This document shows, piece by piece, positions 39,833-50,474 of a DNA stretch of 64,000 nucleotides. The stretch's first letter is position 1. The number at the start of each line of letters is the position of its first letter. The notes under the pieces are model-generated. The model was not told where the DNA came from. It did not search any database and saw only the letters and a list, made by a program, of their open reading frames with translations. This DNA is from an uncultured beta proteobacterium (lineage in GTDB: Bacteria; Pseudomonadota; Gammaproteobacteria; Burkholderiales; Burkholderiaceae). The position numbers and the translations under genes are program-made. Location of the stretch: NCBI GenBank assembly GCA_903821995.1, contig CAIJNI010000085.1, positions 25,588 to 89,587 on the forward strand. Direction: 5' to 3'.

Positions 39833-41446
39833 ATGATTCAAATCACAGAACTAAGACTTCCAATAAGTCATTCTATTGAGGATCTTCTGTCGGCTATTAT
39901 TCATAAGCTCAAGATTCCTGAAATAGACTTGATCAGACATGATATTTTCAAAAGAAGTCATGATGCTAGAAAAAATTCAGAATTATCTTTAATTTATACC
40001 ATTAATGCCTCAGTCAAAGATGAAGAAAAGGTCCTTCATTCTTTGGTCAATGATCCCTATATCCGCCTTGCACCCGATACTAGCTATCATTATGTTGCAA
40101 AGGCCCCAAGTCAAATGAAGTTAAGGCCAGTTGTCATTGGACTTGGACCTTGTGGTTTATTTAGCGCACTTATACTTGCACAAATGGGGTTTAATCCTAT
40201 TGTTTTAGAGCGAGGAAAGCAAGTCAGAGAAAGAACTCAGGACACATGGGGATTGTGGCGGAAAAACATACTCAATCCCGAATCTAATGTTCAGTATGGT
40301 GAGGGTGGAGCAGGGTTGTTTTCTGATGGTAAGTTATATAGCCAAATAAAAGACCCTAAATTTTATGGCCGAAAGGTTATTCAAGAATTTATCAAGGCTG
40401 GCGCACCTCCGGAAATTTTATATGTTTCTAAACCGCATATTGGTACCTTTCGTCTTGTAGGGATTGTCGAAAAAATGCGTGAGGAAATTATTCGTTTAGG
40501 GGGTGAGATCAGGTTTTCGCAGAGAGTTACAGATTTTTATATTAAAAACCAACAGATCACCGGATTGCAATTAGCAAGTGGCGAAGTATTAGAGGCCGAT
40601 CATGTGGTCTTGGCATTGGGGCATAGTTCTCGAGACACTCTGGTCGCGCTTGAGAAAGCAGGAGTGTATTTAGAGGCTAAGCCATTTTCTGTAGGCTTTC
40701 GAATTGAACATCCTCAATCCATTATTGATCAAGCACGCTTAGGACCTCATGCGGGTAATGAAATTATTGGTGCTGCAGATTACAAATTAGTCCACCACGC
40801 GAGTAATGGTCGTGCTGTTTATAGTTTTTGTATGTGCCCTGGAGGGACTGTAGTTGCTGCCGCATCTGAGCCCAACCATTTGGTGACAAATGGAATGAGT
40901 CAATATTCTCGGAACGAAAGAAATGCCAATGCAGCTATTGTCGTTAGCGTTACTCCTCAAGATTACCCAGGCGGACCACTTGCTGGGATAGAGTTTCAGA
41001 GGGAATTAGAATCCAAGGCTTTCGATCTTGGTGGCCAAAATTATGAAGCGCCAGGACAGCTTGTTGGAGATTTTTTAGTAGGAAGAGCTTCATCGGAATT
41101 TAAAACGGTTATACCTTCATATCAACCCGGTGTTCACTTAACGGATTTGTCCACGAGTCTACCTTCCTTTGCTATTGAAGCCATTCGTGAGGCCTTACCC
41201 ATGTTTGAAAAAAAGATTAAAGGGTTTTCGATGAATGATGCCATTCTCACTGGAGTTGAAACGAGGACTTCTTCACCCGTTCGAATTACGCGGGGGCTAG
41301 ATTACCAAAGTTTAAACATCAAAGGATTGTATCCAGCGGGAGAAGGTGCTGGCTATGCGGGTGGTATATTGTCAGCTGGTGTCGATGGGATTAGAGTTGC
41401 AGAAGCTGTTGCGCAAGATTACAGCAATTCATTTGCTTCAAAATAA
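39833..41446 (+). CDS. Uncharacterised NAD(P)/FAD-dependent oxidoreductase (COG2509-like)
   Basis: GLGPCG dinucleotide motif, GEGGAG.FSDGKL, FCMCPGG, ETRTSSP, GEGAGYAGGI.SA. Confidence 0.85.
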   Translation: MIQITELRLPISHSIEDLLSAIIHKLKIPEIDLIRHDIFKRSHDARKNSELSLIYTINASVKDEEKVLHSLVNDPYIRLAPDTSYHYVAKAPSQMKLRPVVIGLGPCGLFSALILAQMGFNPIVLERGKQVRERTQDTWGLWRKNILNPESNVQYGEGGAGLFSDGKLYSQIKDPKFYGRKVIQEFIKAGAPPEILYVSKPHIGTFRLVGIVEKMREEIIRLGGEIRFSQRVTDFYIKNQQITGLQLASGEVLEADHVVLALGHSSRDTLVALEKAGVYLEAKPFSVGFRIEHPQSIIDQARLGPHAGNEIIGAADYKLVHHASNGRAVYSFCMCPGGTVVAAASEPNHLVTNGMSQYSRNERNANAAIVVSVTPQDYPGGPLAGIEFQRELESKAFDLGGQNYEAPGQLVGDFLVGRASSEFKTVIPSYQPGVHLTDLSTSLPSFAIEAIREALPMFEKKIKGFSMNDAILTGVETRTSSPVRITRGLDYQSLNIKGLYPAGEGAGYAGGILSAGVDGIRVAEAVAQDYSNSFASK

Positions 41447-41465
41447 TTTAACTAGGAGAGTTCTA

Positions 41466-42446
41466 ATGTATCGTTTGGGCACTATTAAAGGCATTCTAAA
41501 AAATTGTATCTTCTTATCTTTATTTTTATTAATGGGATTTCAAGCGTTTGCAGATAATTGGCCGTCACGTACTATTAAAGTCGTAGTCCCATTTGGCCCA
41601 GGTGGAGCTAATGATTTAGTTGCCAGGGCCGTAGCTGAAGGAGTATCCAAAGAATTAGGTCAAGCGGTTATTGTTGAAAACAAACCTGGCGCAGGTTCTG
41701 TTTTAGGAGCTGATTTTGTTGCTAAGAGCGCACCAGATGGGTACACATTTCTGGCCCCTGCTGCAGGCATTGTGACAAATAGTCTCATTAAAACAAAGAT
41801 GCCTTATAAAGAAAGCGATTTATTACCTATAGTGATGATATCGGTTAGTCCTTCTATTATTGTGGTTGCGTCAGATTCTCCAGTCAATGACATTAAAGGT
41901 TTAGTTGAAGGATCGAAAAAAATAAAGCCCCTTAATTTTTCAACAGCAGGCACCGGGAGTACGCCGCATTTTGTAGCAGAAATGTTAAAAATTTCAACTG
42001 GAAGTGCCTTTGAAATTATTCCCTATAAAAGTGGTTCAGAGGGGGTATTTGCCGTGGTCGGGCATCAGGTTGATATTACATCTGAGGCTAGTGTAGTAGT
42101 AATACCTCAAATTAAAGGTGGGAAGCTAAAACCCTTGGCATCAACCTGGAGCACCCGAATTTCTGCATTGAATGATGTGCCAACGATGAAAGAGTTAGGT
42201 TATCCCAATGTGTTTATTGGCCACTGGACTGGACTCTTTGCACCTAAAGGCACTTCAGAGGAAATTATGGAAAAAATGAATTTAGCAGTGAATGCTGCTT
42301 TAAAGCGTCCAGAGATCAAAGATAGATTAATGTCGCAAGGGATTGAGCCAGTTGGGGGAGATCTGAAATCCTTTCAAAAATATTTGACTGAAGAGCGAGC
42401 ACGCTTATCTTTGGTTGTGAAATCATCGAATATGAAAGAAGATTAG
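41466..42446 (+). CDS. Bug/TctC substrate-binding protein
   Basis: WPSRTIKVVVPFGPGGAND, APDGYT, TAGTGSTPHF; ATG 41466 preferred because the track start overlaps the upstream gene by 100 bp. Confidence 0.92.
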   Translation: MYRLGTIKGILKNCIFLSLFLLMGFQAFADNWPSRTIKVVVPFGPGGANDLVARAVAEGVSKELGQAVIVENKPGAGSVLGADFVAKSAPDGYTFLAPAAGIVTNSLIKTKMPYKESDLLPIVMISVSPSIIVVASDSPVNDIKGLVEGSKKIKPLNFSTAGTGSTPHFVAEMLKISTGSAFEIIPYKSGSEGVFAVVGHQVDITSEASVVVIPQIKGGKLKPLASTWSTRISALNDVPTMKELGYPNVFIGHWTGLFAPKGTSEEIMEKMNLAVNAALKRPEIKDRLMSQGIEPVGGDLKSFQKYLTEERARLSLVVKSSNMKED

Positions 42447-42615
42447 CTTTTTTAGTCTGTTATTATTTTAGGATCAATTTACAGCTATAGACACTAAGGC
42501 CAGATATAGCAGGATTAGCCTCATCTTTTGGAAGTGAAATATGAGCAGAGTATTATTTTAATAAATATGTATTTGCTACTTTTAGCATTACATTTTCAAT
42601 TTTAGGAATTTTTAA

Positions 42616-43449
42616 ATGAAACAAAAATACGTTGCATCCCTTTTTTTAATGGCATTGTTGGCTGTTAGTGCTACTTCAGTTTATGCCCAAAAACAAAAGG
42701 GTCCTGATGCTCAGATTTTAGCAACTGTTAATGGCACAAAGATTATGGTTAAAGAGCTCGAACAAGCCTTAAAAGGTGCGGAAGCTCGTGGGGTTAAAGA
42801 TAGTCCTGAAGTGCGAAATGCGATTGCGAGTGAGTTGATCGTTGGTGAAGCTATTTTGCAAGATGTTAAAAAATCCGGCATAGAAAAGAAAGGTGATAAT
42901 CCTGAGCGAATTAAGTTGGCTCAGCAACAGATCTTGAAAGAATTATGGTTTCAGGAATATTTAAAGGAGCATCCCGTAACTGAGGCTGAGATTAAAGCAG
43001 AATACGACCGCCAAGTAGCCTTGACTAAGGATGGTCGGAACTCGAATGAATATAAATTATCTCAAATATTAGTAGCTGATGAGACTGAAGCCAATAGTAT
43101 TGCATCCCAAGTTAATGCTGGTGGAGACTTTGCTAAATTAGCGAAAGAAAAGTCTTTAGAAAAAGTGTCTGCAGCTCAAGGTGGTTCAATTGCGAATTGG
43201 GTTTTACCTGATCAATTAGTCCCACCACTTGGAGATACTGTCGTTGCATTGACTAAAGGTAAATCAACGGCTAAACCTATCAAAACGGCTTCAGGGTGGC
43301 ATATTATTCGTTTGGATGATATTCGAAAGGTCAAAATACCTCCATTTGAAGAAGCTAAAAATACAGTTGGCCAACAAATTCTTTCACGACGTCAGCAAGA
43401 GGCAGTCGCTGAACTTATGAAGAAGGTAACGGTTAAACAGGGGGGCTAA
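42616..43449 (+). CDS. Exported PpiC/parvulin-type peptidyl-prolyl isomerase (PrsA/SurA-like)
   Basis: Signal peptide, LATVNG, ILV.DE.EA, F.KLAKEKS, GG, PIKT..GWHII. Confidence 0.88.
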   Translation: MKQKYVASLFLMALLAVSATSVYAQKQKGPDAQILATVNGTKIMVKELEQALKGAEARGVKDSPEVRNAIASELIVGEAILQDVKKSGIEKKGDNPERIKLAQQQILKELWFQEYLKEHPVTEAEIKAEYDRQVALTKDGRNSNEYKLSQILVADETEANSIASQVNAGGDFAKLAKEKSLEKVSAAQGGSIANWVLPDQLVPPLGDTVVALTKGKSTAKPIKTASGWHIIRLDDIRKVKIPPFEEAKNTVGQQILSRRQQEAVAELMKKVTVKQGG

Positions 43450-43484
43450 TTTGACTCCAAAGGTTTTTTAAAGAGATCTGTTCG

Positions 43485-43517
43485 AAAAAAAGCTAGGTTA
43501 TTACCTAGCTTTTTTTA
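43485..43517. terminator. Bidirectional Rho-independent terminator
   Basis: A7-GCTAGGT-TATT-ACCTAGC-T7 between convergent genes. Confidence 0.9.
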
Positions 43518-43553
43518 TGGATACTTGTGGAAGTGTGCACAAATAGATAAATA

Positions 43554-43796
43554 TCAATTTGGTGGACAAGCGTCGTAGCATATGGGTAATCCCTCGTTGC
43601 AACTTTGAGTAGAGCGAGGTGAAAAAGCAATGCAACGAGAAGTTAAAAAATCACATTGCGAGAGACACAACTTATTTCTAGTTTTAGGATCCACATGTTT
43701 AGTTTGTTGCGGGGGAATACCTTTATCCAGAGGTAGATTAGAATTCTGGACGCAAGACGTTAATATAAAGATACATGCGATAAGAATTTTCTTCAT
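43554..43796 (-). CDS. Small Cys-rich lipoprotein of unknown function
   Basis: MKK, hydrophobic core, lipobox LTSC, six further Cys; ends just before the bidirectional terminator. Confidence 0.75.
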   Translation of the reverse strand: MKKILIACIFILTSCVQNSNLPLDKGIPPQQTKHVDPKTRNKLCLSQCDFLTSRCIAFSPRSTQSCNEGLPICYDACPPN

Positions 43797-43836
43797 ATCT
43801 TATTTTAACGATAAGCAGGGGGGTAATTACTTAAGT

Positions 43837-45147
43837 CTACTTTGGCAATTCTTTAACAGGAGGTTGCTGGGGCTTCTTTCTCTTTTTTACATCTTTAACG
43901 AGTAGAATTTCCGGATTGATTTTTACTATAACTTTTTCTGAATGTATCTCTACATCCTTTTCTAGTGCATTTTCAAAACCTGGTGGTTGGTGTCCCCAAG
44001 GGTATCCTGCCTTACCCCGCTCAAAGCCGTAATTAAATAGCGCAGACATGAATTCGGGTTCAAACTCCCCTAAATGAGGAACCGTAAAATCACTCCCAAT
44101 AAAAGCAAGGTTATAGCCCACTTTGTCGCGCTGTGTGGTTTCGTAGATCTTTAACAAATCTCCTTGGCCTTGGGTCTGAATTAAATTAGATATAGATCTT
44201 GTGACGATAGGGATAACTCTTCTTTCAGTATCGCTCCAATCGGTTTCGAGACGGGCATTGCGAATAATATAGGCTTGAGCGTTATTGATTGATTTATACC
44301 CTTGTTCTTGTGCAAGTTTCTTCAGAGAACTTGGGTAGAGAAAGACTTGAGCGGAAGTTCCGCCATCGACGTGCATTTCTTGATAGCGTTTTCCGTTAAG
44401 TTCCATATCAAGCATGATGGGTGGAAATGCGCCTGGAATAGATGCTGAGGCTAATAAGATCTTACGAAATAGTTCCAGAGCTTCAGAAGACTGAAAGGAA
44501 GCAATTTTACCCATATTCCAAATCACAGGAACCCCAGAATCGATATTTGTTGTACCAATTAAAAGCCAGCGACGCTTAGTTTGATATTCATACGCCACTT
44601 TTGATAAAAATTCAGGGGTAATATATTTAGAAATTAAGTTGTAAAGTGGCGTTGTATCAGCGTAACTATCTTTAAATAATGCGCTGTATACGCCACGTGC
44701 TACAAAAATGTCTTTTGGGCTAGACTCTGTGTAGACTTTTTTGAGTTCTTCGTCATAAGCACTTCCTAAAAATGCAAATGGAGCAATCAGAGCTCCTGTA
44801 CTCACACCTGTGACAAGGACAAAATTAGGTCGGTCTCCGTGTTCTGTCCAACCATTGAGTAGGCCAGCGCCAAAAGCACCTTTATCTCCTCCACCAGAAA
44901 TTGATAAGAAGCTAGGAATAGATTCACGGCGAGGTGATCCAACTGTTTTTTGAGCATCCAGCAAATCTAGGACCATTTGCTGTAAGCCCTCTTCAGAGGA
45001 TGTCAGATAACGTACGCTATTGAGATTAACGGGATGTGCTTTGGGCAGATCAGCTTTAGGAACTGCGGGTAGGCGTTGTAAGGTCGAGCATGCTCCAAGA
45101 GACAAAGCCAGCAGCAGAAAAACTAATGTATTAAAGGTTTTTTTCAT
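43837..45147 (-). CDS. Patatin-like phospholipase, lipoprotein
   Basis: Lipobox LGAC, GGGDKG glycine-rich loop, GVSTG (GxSxG), ASASIPGAFPP, DGG. Confidence 0.9.
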   Translation of the reverse strand: MKKTFNTLVFLLLALSLGACSTLQRLPAVPKADLPKAHPVNLNSVRYLTSSEEGLQQMVLDLLDAQKTVGSPRRESIPSFLSISGGGDKGAFGAGLLNGWTEHGDRPNFVLVTGVSTGALIAPFAFLGSAYDEELKKVYTESSPKDIFVARGVYSALFKDSYADTTPLYNLISKYITPEFLSKVAYEYQTKRRWLLIGTTNIDSGVPVIWNMGKIASFQSSEALELFRKILLASASIPGAFPPIMLDMELNGKRYQEMHVDGGTSAQVFLYPSSLKKLAQEQGYKSINNAQAYIIRNARLETDWSDTERRVIPIVTRSISNLIQTQGQGDLLKIYETTQRDKVGYNLAFIGSDFTVPHLGEFEPEFMSALFNYGFERGKAGYPWGHQPPGFENALEKDVEIHSEKVIVKINPEILLVKDVKKRKKPQQPPVKELPK

Positions 45148-45354
45148 GTCTCGATGAGGTTCTTACGAAATTTAAAATTTCATGCCTTTGATATTAAACG
45201 AAATACCATGACGACTTGATGGTTTTTTCACTTAGATGAACACTAAATTTGCCCATTAAAGCTTCTATATTCTAAGTGCGGGTAGCGGATTAAACCCATT
45301 TGCTTAAATTCTGATATCGTTATTCCTTTAATATCAAGCGCAAAACCAAGAATA

Positions 45355-47019
45355 ATGAATGAAAATAAGCCTATCTCTATGGCTAATTTAACTCGCCATG
45401 CCGATTTAATCGTCATTGGTGCTGGTTTAGCTGGATTAACAGTGGCACTTGAAGCTGCCAATGAACGAAAAGTAATTATTCTTGCAAAGAGACAATTAAC
45501 TGAGGCGGCAACAGCCTGGGCTCAAGGTGGAATTGTCGGTGTTTTAGATCAAAAAGACAGTTTTGATTCTCATGTCATTGATACACTTGAAGCGGGTGCA
45601 GGTCTCGTGCTCGAGTCTGCTGCACGTTTTATTACTGAAAATAGTTCACAAGCGATTCAGTGGTTGTTAGATCAAGGGGTGTCTTTTACTCTAGACCCAC
45701 AAGGCCCTCTTGGATTACATTTAACCAAAGAAGGTGGACATTCACATAGACGAATAGCACACGCTGCCGATGCTACTGGAAAAGCGATTCATGATGCACT
45801 TCTGATTAAGGCTAAAAATCATCCTAATATCGAAATATTAGAACACTGGATTGCATTGGATTTAATTACAAACAAGCACTTAGATGCGCCATTGACGTTG
45901 AGTTCAAAAAAACAAATCAAGAATGATTACTGCTACGGTATTTATGCTCTAGATATTCAATCTGGTGCTGTTGTAGCGTTGACGGCAACGGATGTGGTTT
46001 TAGCAACAGGGGGTGTTGGTAAAGTTTACAAATATACAACCAATCCAGAGACGGCCACTGGAGATGGTATTGCGATGGCATGGAGGGCTGGCTGTCGTGT
46101 TGGAAATATGGAATTTATTCAATTTCACCCAACCTGCTTATATCATCCTCAGGGCGGGAGTTTCTTGATTACCGAGGCTTTACGAGGTGAGGGTGGACAA
46201 CTTAAATTACCAGATGGCACTCGTTTTATGGCAAATCATGATGAGCGTATGGAACTAGCCCCTCGGGATATTGTGGCTAGAGCGATTGACTTTGAGCTCA
46301 AAAAACACGGGTTAGATTTTGTTTTACTCGATGCGACTCATCTTGGTGAAGAGTTTATTCATGAACATTTTCCAACCATATATGCTAAGTGTTTATCGCT
46401 TGGCATTGATATGACTAAAGAGGCGATTCCAGTAGTTCCTGCAGCGCATTACACTTGCGGTGGAATTGTAACGACCCTAGAAGGGCGAACAGATTTAAAA
46501 GGTCTTTATGCGGTAGGAGAAGCTACATGTACTGGGTTACATGGCGCTAATCGTCTTGCGAGTAATTCATTGCTTGAATGTGTCGTGATAGGCAAGGCAA
46601 CAGCAAAGGCAATCCTGAAAGATCTATCTAGAGATATTCCTCCCATTAAGATTTGGGATGACAGTAAAGTAGAGAATGCTGATGAGCAGGTTGTTATTTC
46701 TCATAATTGGGATGAGTTGAGAGCATTGATGTGGAATTATGTTGGTATTGTTCGAACGAATCGTCGTTTAGAGAGAGCGTTGCACCGAATTGAACTACTC
46801 AGTCAGGAGGTTCATGATTATTACGCTAATTTTAAAGTAACTAGAGACTTAATTGAACTTCGTAATTTACTGGTTTGCGCCGAACTCATTGTTCGGTCTG
46901 CATTAGCTCGCAAAGAAAGCCGAGGTCTTCATTACAGTCGGGATTATCCAGACACCTTTGCGGTGTCATATCCAACCATACTTGAACCAGCCCAATTAAA
47001 TAGAAAAATAGGGACTTGA
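45355..47019 (+). CDS. nadB: L-aspartate oxidase
   Basis: GAGLAGL, AQGGI, EGGHS.RRI.H, QFHPT, EA.RGEG, HYTCGG, GLHGANRLASNSL, ESRGLH. Confidence 0.97.
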   Translation: MNENKPISMANLTRHADLIVIGAGLAGLTVALEAANERKVIILAKRQLTEAATAWAQGGIVGVLDQKDSFDSHVIDTLEAGAGLVLESAARFITENSSQAIQWLLDQGVSFTLDPQGPLGLHLTKEGGHSHRRIAHAADATGKAIHDALLIKAKNHPNIEILEHWIALDLITNKHLDAPLTLSSKKQIKNDYCYGIYALDIQSGAVVALTATDVVLATGGVGKVYKYTTNPETATGDGIAMAWRAGCRVGNMEFIQFHPTCLYHPQGGSFLITEALRGEGGQLKLPDGTRFMANHDERMELAPRDIVARAIDFELKKHGLDFVLLDATHLGEEFIHEHFPTIYAKCLSLGIDMTKEAIPVVPAAHYTCGGIVTTLEGRTDLKGLYAVGEATCTGLHGANRLASNSLLECVVIGKATAKAILKDLSRDIPPIKIWDDSKVENADEQVVISHNWDELRALMWNYVGIVRTNRRLERALHRIELLSQEVHDYYANFKVTRDLIELRNLLVCAELIVRSALARKESRGLHYSRDYPDTFAVSYPTILEPAQLNRKIGT

Positions 47020-47021
47020 GC

Positions 47022-47897
47022 TTATAACTCAATGCGCTGAAGCACTCGCATCGAGTAATCTATAGCTAAGACATCCTTTGTTAATTTTCCGATAGAGATC
47101 CGGTCAACGCCTGTCATTGCGATAGCTCGTAACTGATTTAACTCTACACCGCCTGATACCTCGAGTAAAACCTCAAACTGTGCTATTTCTACAGCTAGTT
47201 TCATTTCATCTAAAGTGAAATCGTCTATGAGAATACTCTTAGCTCCCGCCGCGATTGCTTCTTTGAGTTCAGAAATAGATTCCACTTCAATTTGAATTTC
47301 TACGCTGGAATGAAGTTCTTGTGCAGATTTGAGTGCGGCAGAAATGCTGCCAGCAGCAACAATATGATTCTCTTTGATCAAAATCCCATCCCAAAGTGCT
47401 ATACGTTGATTTTTCCCACCGCCTACTCGGACAGCATATTTTTGAGCTTGCCTAAGACCAGGAATAGTTTTTCGAGTATCTAAAATAGAGCAGCCTTTAG
47501 GATTTGCATGAATATCGGCAATCGCATGAACGTGATGACTTGTTGTTGTTGCAGTCCACGAAAGTAATTGTAAAAAATTAAGGGCGGGGCGTTCCGCTGA
47601 GAGAAGTGCGCGGGCATTTGCATTGATTTCACAGATGGGGGATTGACTTAGCATTTCGTCCCCATCACGATATAGCCAGTTAATATTTGCACTCGGGTCG
47701 AGAAATTTAATGCAATCATTGAACCATTCTTGACCACAAAGGATTGCGTTAGCTTGCTTTACGACTACTTGAGCGATCACTCGTTGATTTGAAGGAATGA
47801 GTTGAGCTGTCCAATCTTGAGTGCCAATATCTTCAGTCAGAGCATTCTTAACATTACGCCGGCGCGCTTGTTCTAAGGATTCGTTAAATTCAAACAT
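47022..47897 (-). CDS. nadC: Nicotinate-nucleotide diphosphorylase (carboxylating), quinolinate PRTase
   Basis: Minus strand (track mislabels +; CAT at 47895-47897). ALTEDIG, ERPALN, DTRKTIPGLR, LIKENH, EVSGG. Confidence 0.96.
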   Translation of the reverse strand: MFEFNESLEQARRRNVKNALTEDIGTQDWTAQLIPSNQRVIAQVVVKQANAILCGQEWFNDCIKFLDPSANINWLYRDGDEMLSQSPICEINANARALLSAERPALNFLQLLSWTATTTSHHVHAIADIHANPKGCSILDTRKTIPGLRQAQKYAVRVGGGKNQRIALWDGILIKENHIVAAGSISAALKSAQELHSSVEIQIEVESISELKEAIAAGAKSILIDDFTLDEMKLAVEIAQFEVLLEVSGGVELNQLRAIAMTGVDRISIGKLTKDVLAIDYSMRVLQRIEL

Positions 47898-47932
47898 CTT
47901 AAGAGTTTATATCAAACAAATGAGTAGGAACA

Positions 47933-49054
47933 TTACGCAGCACCAAGATTTTTCACAAACCCATGTTGAGCTTTTGCCAAAAGATCGGGATGATCTTTTG
48001 TAAAGGTCAGCATTTTCTCAATGCAATTAGAAGCCTTGATACGGATAGACTCATCAACAACAATTTCGCCTTCCTGATGTTCAAGGCAATTCAAGATTCC
48101 ACGAAGGCCATTCATTGCCATCCAAGGACAATTTGCACAGCTTTTGCAGGTGGCACTCTGTCCTGCGGTAGGGGCTTCAATTAATTTTTTATGAGGTGCT
48201 AGTTGACGCATGCGGTGCAGTATGCCTTGATCGGTAGCTACAATAAACTCCAGAGCAAGATCTTCAACAACAGCCTTGATCATTGCGGAGGTTGAGCCAA
48301 CAACATCAGCAAGTTTGACGACTTCAGCAGGAGATTCCGGATGAACTAAAATTTTCGCATGAGGGTGAATCAGTTTAAGCGCCTTCAATTCAATCGCTTT
48401 AAACTCATCATGAACAATACATGCTCCGTCCCATAAGAGCATGTCAGCTCCGGTCTGGTCTTGAATGTATTGTCCCAAATGGCGATCAGGGGCCCATAAT
48501 ATTTTTTTACCCTCTTGATGCAGTCGATGCACGATGGCAAGGGCACATGAACTAGTCACCATCCAATCAGCTTTTGCTTTAACAGCAGCTGAAGTATTCG
48601 CGTACACAACAACCGTTCGATCGGGGTGGACTTCACAGAAGCGATTAAACTCTTCACTAGGGCATCCCAAGTCCAGAGAACATGTCGCATCAAGATCGGG
48701 CATCAATACTCTCTTCTCAGGGGAAAGTATTTTGGACGTTTCCCCCATAAAGCGAACTCCAGCTACAATTAATTCTTGGGCAGAATGGTTACGACCAAAG
48801 CGCGCCATTTCAAGAGAATCTGCGACAAATCCACCAGTTTCAATCGCCAAATCTTGAATTTCAGCATCAACATAATAATGAGCAACGATAACGGCGTTTC
48901 TTTCCAGAAGTAATTTTTTTATACGGTTTTTGATAATTACTTTTTCTTGAGGCTCAATTGTTTGAGGTGTTTTTGCCCAAGCATTAGCAAGGCATGTTGG
49001 CCCTTCTACGCTAGGTAGAGAAAATTCATAACTTTTAAGAATTGTCGAGCTCAT
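47933..49054 (-). CDS. nadA: Quinolinate synthase
   Basis: [40 protein letters not shown]. Confidence 0.96.
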   Translation of the reverse strand: MSSTILKSYEFSLPSVEGPTCLANAWAKTPQTIEPQEKVIIKNRIKKLLLERNAVIVAHYYVDAEIQDLAIETGGFVADSLEMARFGRNHSAQELIVAGVRFMGETSKILSPEKRVLMPDLDATCSLDLGCPSEEFNRFCEVHPDRTVVVYANTSAAVKAKADWMVTSSCALAIVHRLHQEGKKILWAPDRHLGQYIQDQTGADMLLWDGACIVHDEFKAIELKALKLIHPHAKILVHPESPAEVVKLADVVGSTSAMIKAVVEDLALEFIVATDQGILHRMRQLAPHKKLIEAPTAGQSATCKSCANCPWMAMNGLRGILNCLEHQEGEIVVDESIRIKASNCIEKMLTFTKDHPDLLAKAQHGFVKNLGAA

Positions 49055-49071
49055 GGTGTGGATATTAGGGA

Positions 49072-50466
49072 TTAAAAAGGCAGTTTCGCATCAGGCTTTG
49101 CTGCTAAAAGCACAGATCTAAAACTCTCTTGGATGCGTTGGATTGCTTCTTGAGTATCAGCCTCAAAACGTAGCACAACAATTGGTGTCGTATTTGAGGG
49201 TCGTGCTAAACCAAAGCCATCGGGATACTCAACACGAATACCGTCGATAGTATTGATGGAATCTGCACCTTCAAATATTGCGTGAGCCTTAACATGATCA
49301 AGAAGTGTGAAGGGTTCTCCTTCAGAGCATTCGAGTTGAAGCTCAGGCGTACAAATTGCATTTGGCAAGCTATGTAAGGTGTGATTGATATCAGGTTCTT
49401 TACTTAATATCTCGAGCAGTCTTGCTCCTGTATAAATGGCATCATCAAAGCCAAACCACCGGTCCTTAAAGAAAATATGACCACTCATTTCTCCACCAAG
49501 GGGCGCACCTGTTTCTCTTAATTTAGCCTTAACTAAAGAATGACCAGTTTTCCACATCGTTGGTTTGCCACCATGCTGGGTAACCCAAAGTCCGAGGTTA
49601 CGAGAACATTTGACATCGTAAATAATTTCGCCACCGGGGTTACGTGAAAGCACATCTTTTGCATAAAGCATCATTTGACGGTCAGGAAAAATAACTGATC
49701 CATCTTTGGTTACAACTCCTAAGCGATCTGCATCACCGTCAAAAGCTAACCCAATTTCACTTGAACTTGAGGCTAACTCAGTTATTAAATCCTCAAGATT
49801 TTCAAGGTGGGCTGGATCGGGGTGGTGATTAGGAAAATTACCATCAACTTCACAAAAGAGTTCAGTCACTTCACAACCTAGTGCTCTAAAAACCAGACCT
49901 GCAAATGCTCCGCCCACACCGTTGCCACAGTCTACTGTAATCTTCATGGGGCGCGCGAGTTTTATATCTGATGTAATGCGTTCAATATAACTTGGAAAGA
50001 TATCGTGTTCATAGCGTCTTGATTGGTGTTCTGGGATATGAAAGTTTTCCTCCGAAATACGGGTAAAAATCCCTTTGATTTGATCACCATAAATAGCTTG
50101 GCCGCCTAAAACCATTTTGAAACCGTTGTAATCGGGGGGATTGTGACTTCCGGTAATCATGATGCCAGACTTGGGCGAGACGCCGTTAATCATGTGATTT
50201 GTACCAAAGTACACCATGGGTGTTGATACCATGCCTAGATCAATCACATGAATTCCGACACTCATCAGACCTTGTGTTAAACCAGTCATCAAATCTGGAC
50301 CTGATAAACGACCATCTCTCCCTACTACGATATGTGTTTCGTTTTGCTCTGCCATCATAGAGCCAAAGGCTTGACCTATTCGGTATGCTACTGTGGGATC
50401 TAGAGTTTTATCAATAATTCCCCGTATGTCATACGCTTTAAAAATAGTAGGTGATAGATTAAGCAT
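49072..50466 (-). CDS. pgm: Phosphomannomutase/phosphoglucomutase (AlgC-type)
   Basis: [14 protein letters not shown] phosphoserine, FDGDADR, GEMSGH, RPSNT. Confidence 0.95.
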   Translation of the reverse strand: MLNLSPTIFKAYDIRGIIDKTLDPTVAYRIGQAFGSMMAEQNETHIVVGRDGRLSGPDLMTGLTQGLMSVGIHVIDLGMVSTPMVYFGTNHMINGVSPKSGIMITGSHNPPDYNGFKMVLGGQAIYGDQIKGIFTRISEENFHIPEHQSRRYEHDIFPSYIERITSDIKLARPMKITVDCGNGVGGAFAGLVFRALGCEVTELFCEVDGNFPNHHPDPAHLENLEDLITELASSSSEIGLAFDGDADRLGVVTKDGSVIFPDRQMMLYAKDVLSRNPGGEIIYDVKCSRNLGLWVTQHGGKPTMWKTGHSLVKAKLRETGAPLGGEMSGHIFFKDRWFGFDDAIYTGARLLEILSKEPDINHTLHSLPNAICTPELQLECSEGEPFTLLDHVKAHAIFEGADSINTIDGIRVEYPDGFGLARPSNTTPIVVLRFEADTQEAIQRIQESFRSVLLAAKPDAKLPF

Positions 50467-50474
50467 ATGAGTTT

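Noticed and set aside
43630-43905. 91-aa plus-strand ORF overlapping the Cys-rich lipoprotein
   Set aside because: It overlaps two minus-strand genes; the minus-strand frame has the lipobox and ordered Cys pattern.
45148-45354. NAD riboswitch or NadR/NrtR site upstream of nadB
   Set aside because: No hairpin or palindrome I could match to a known element; an Rfam/RegPrecise scan would be needed.
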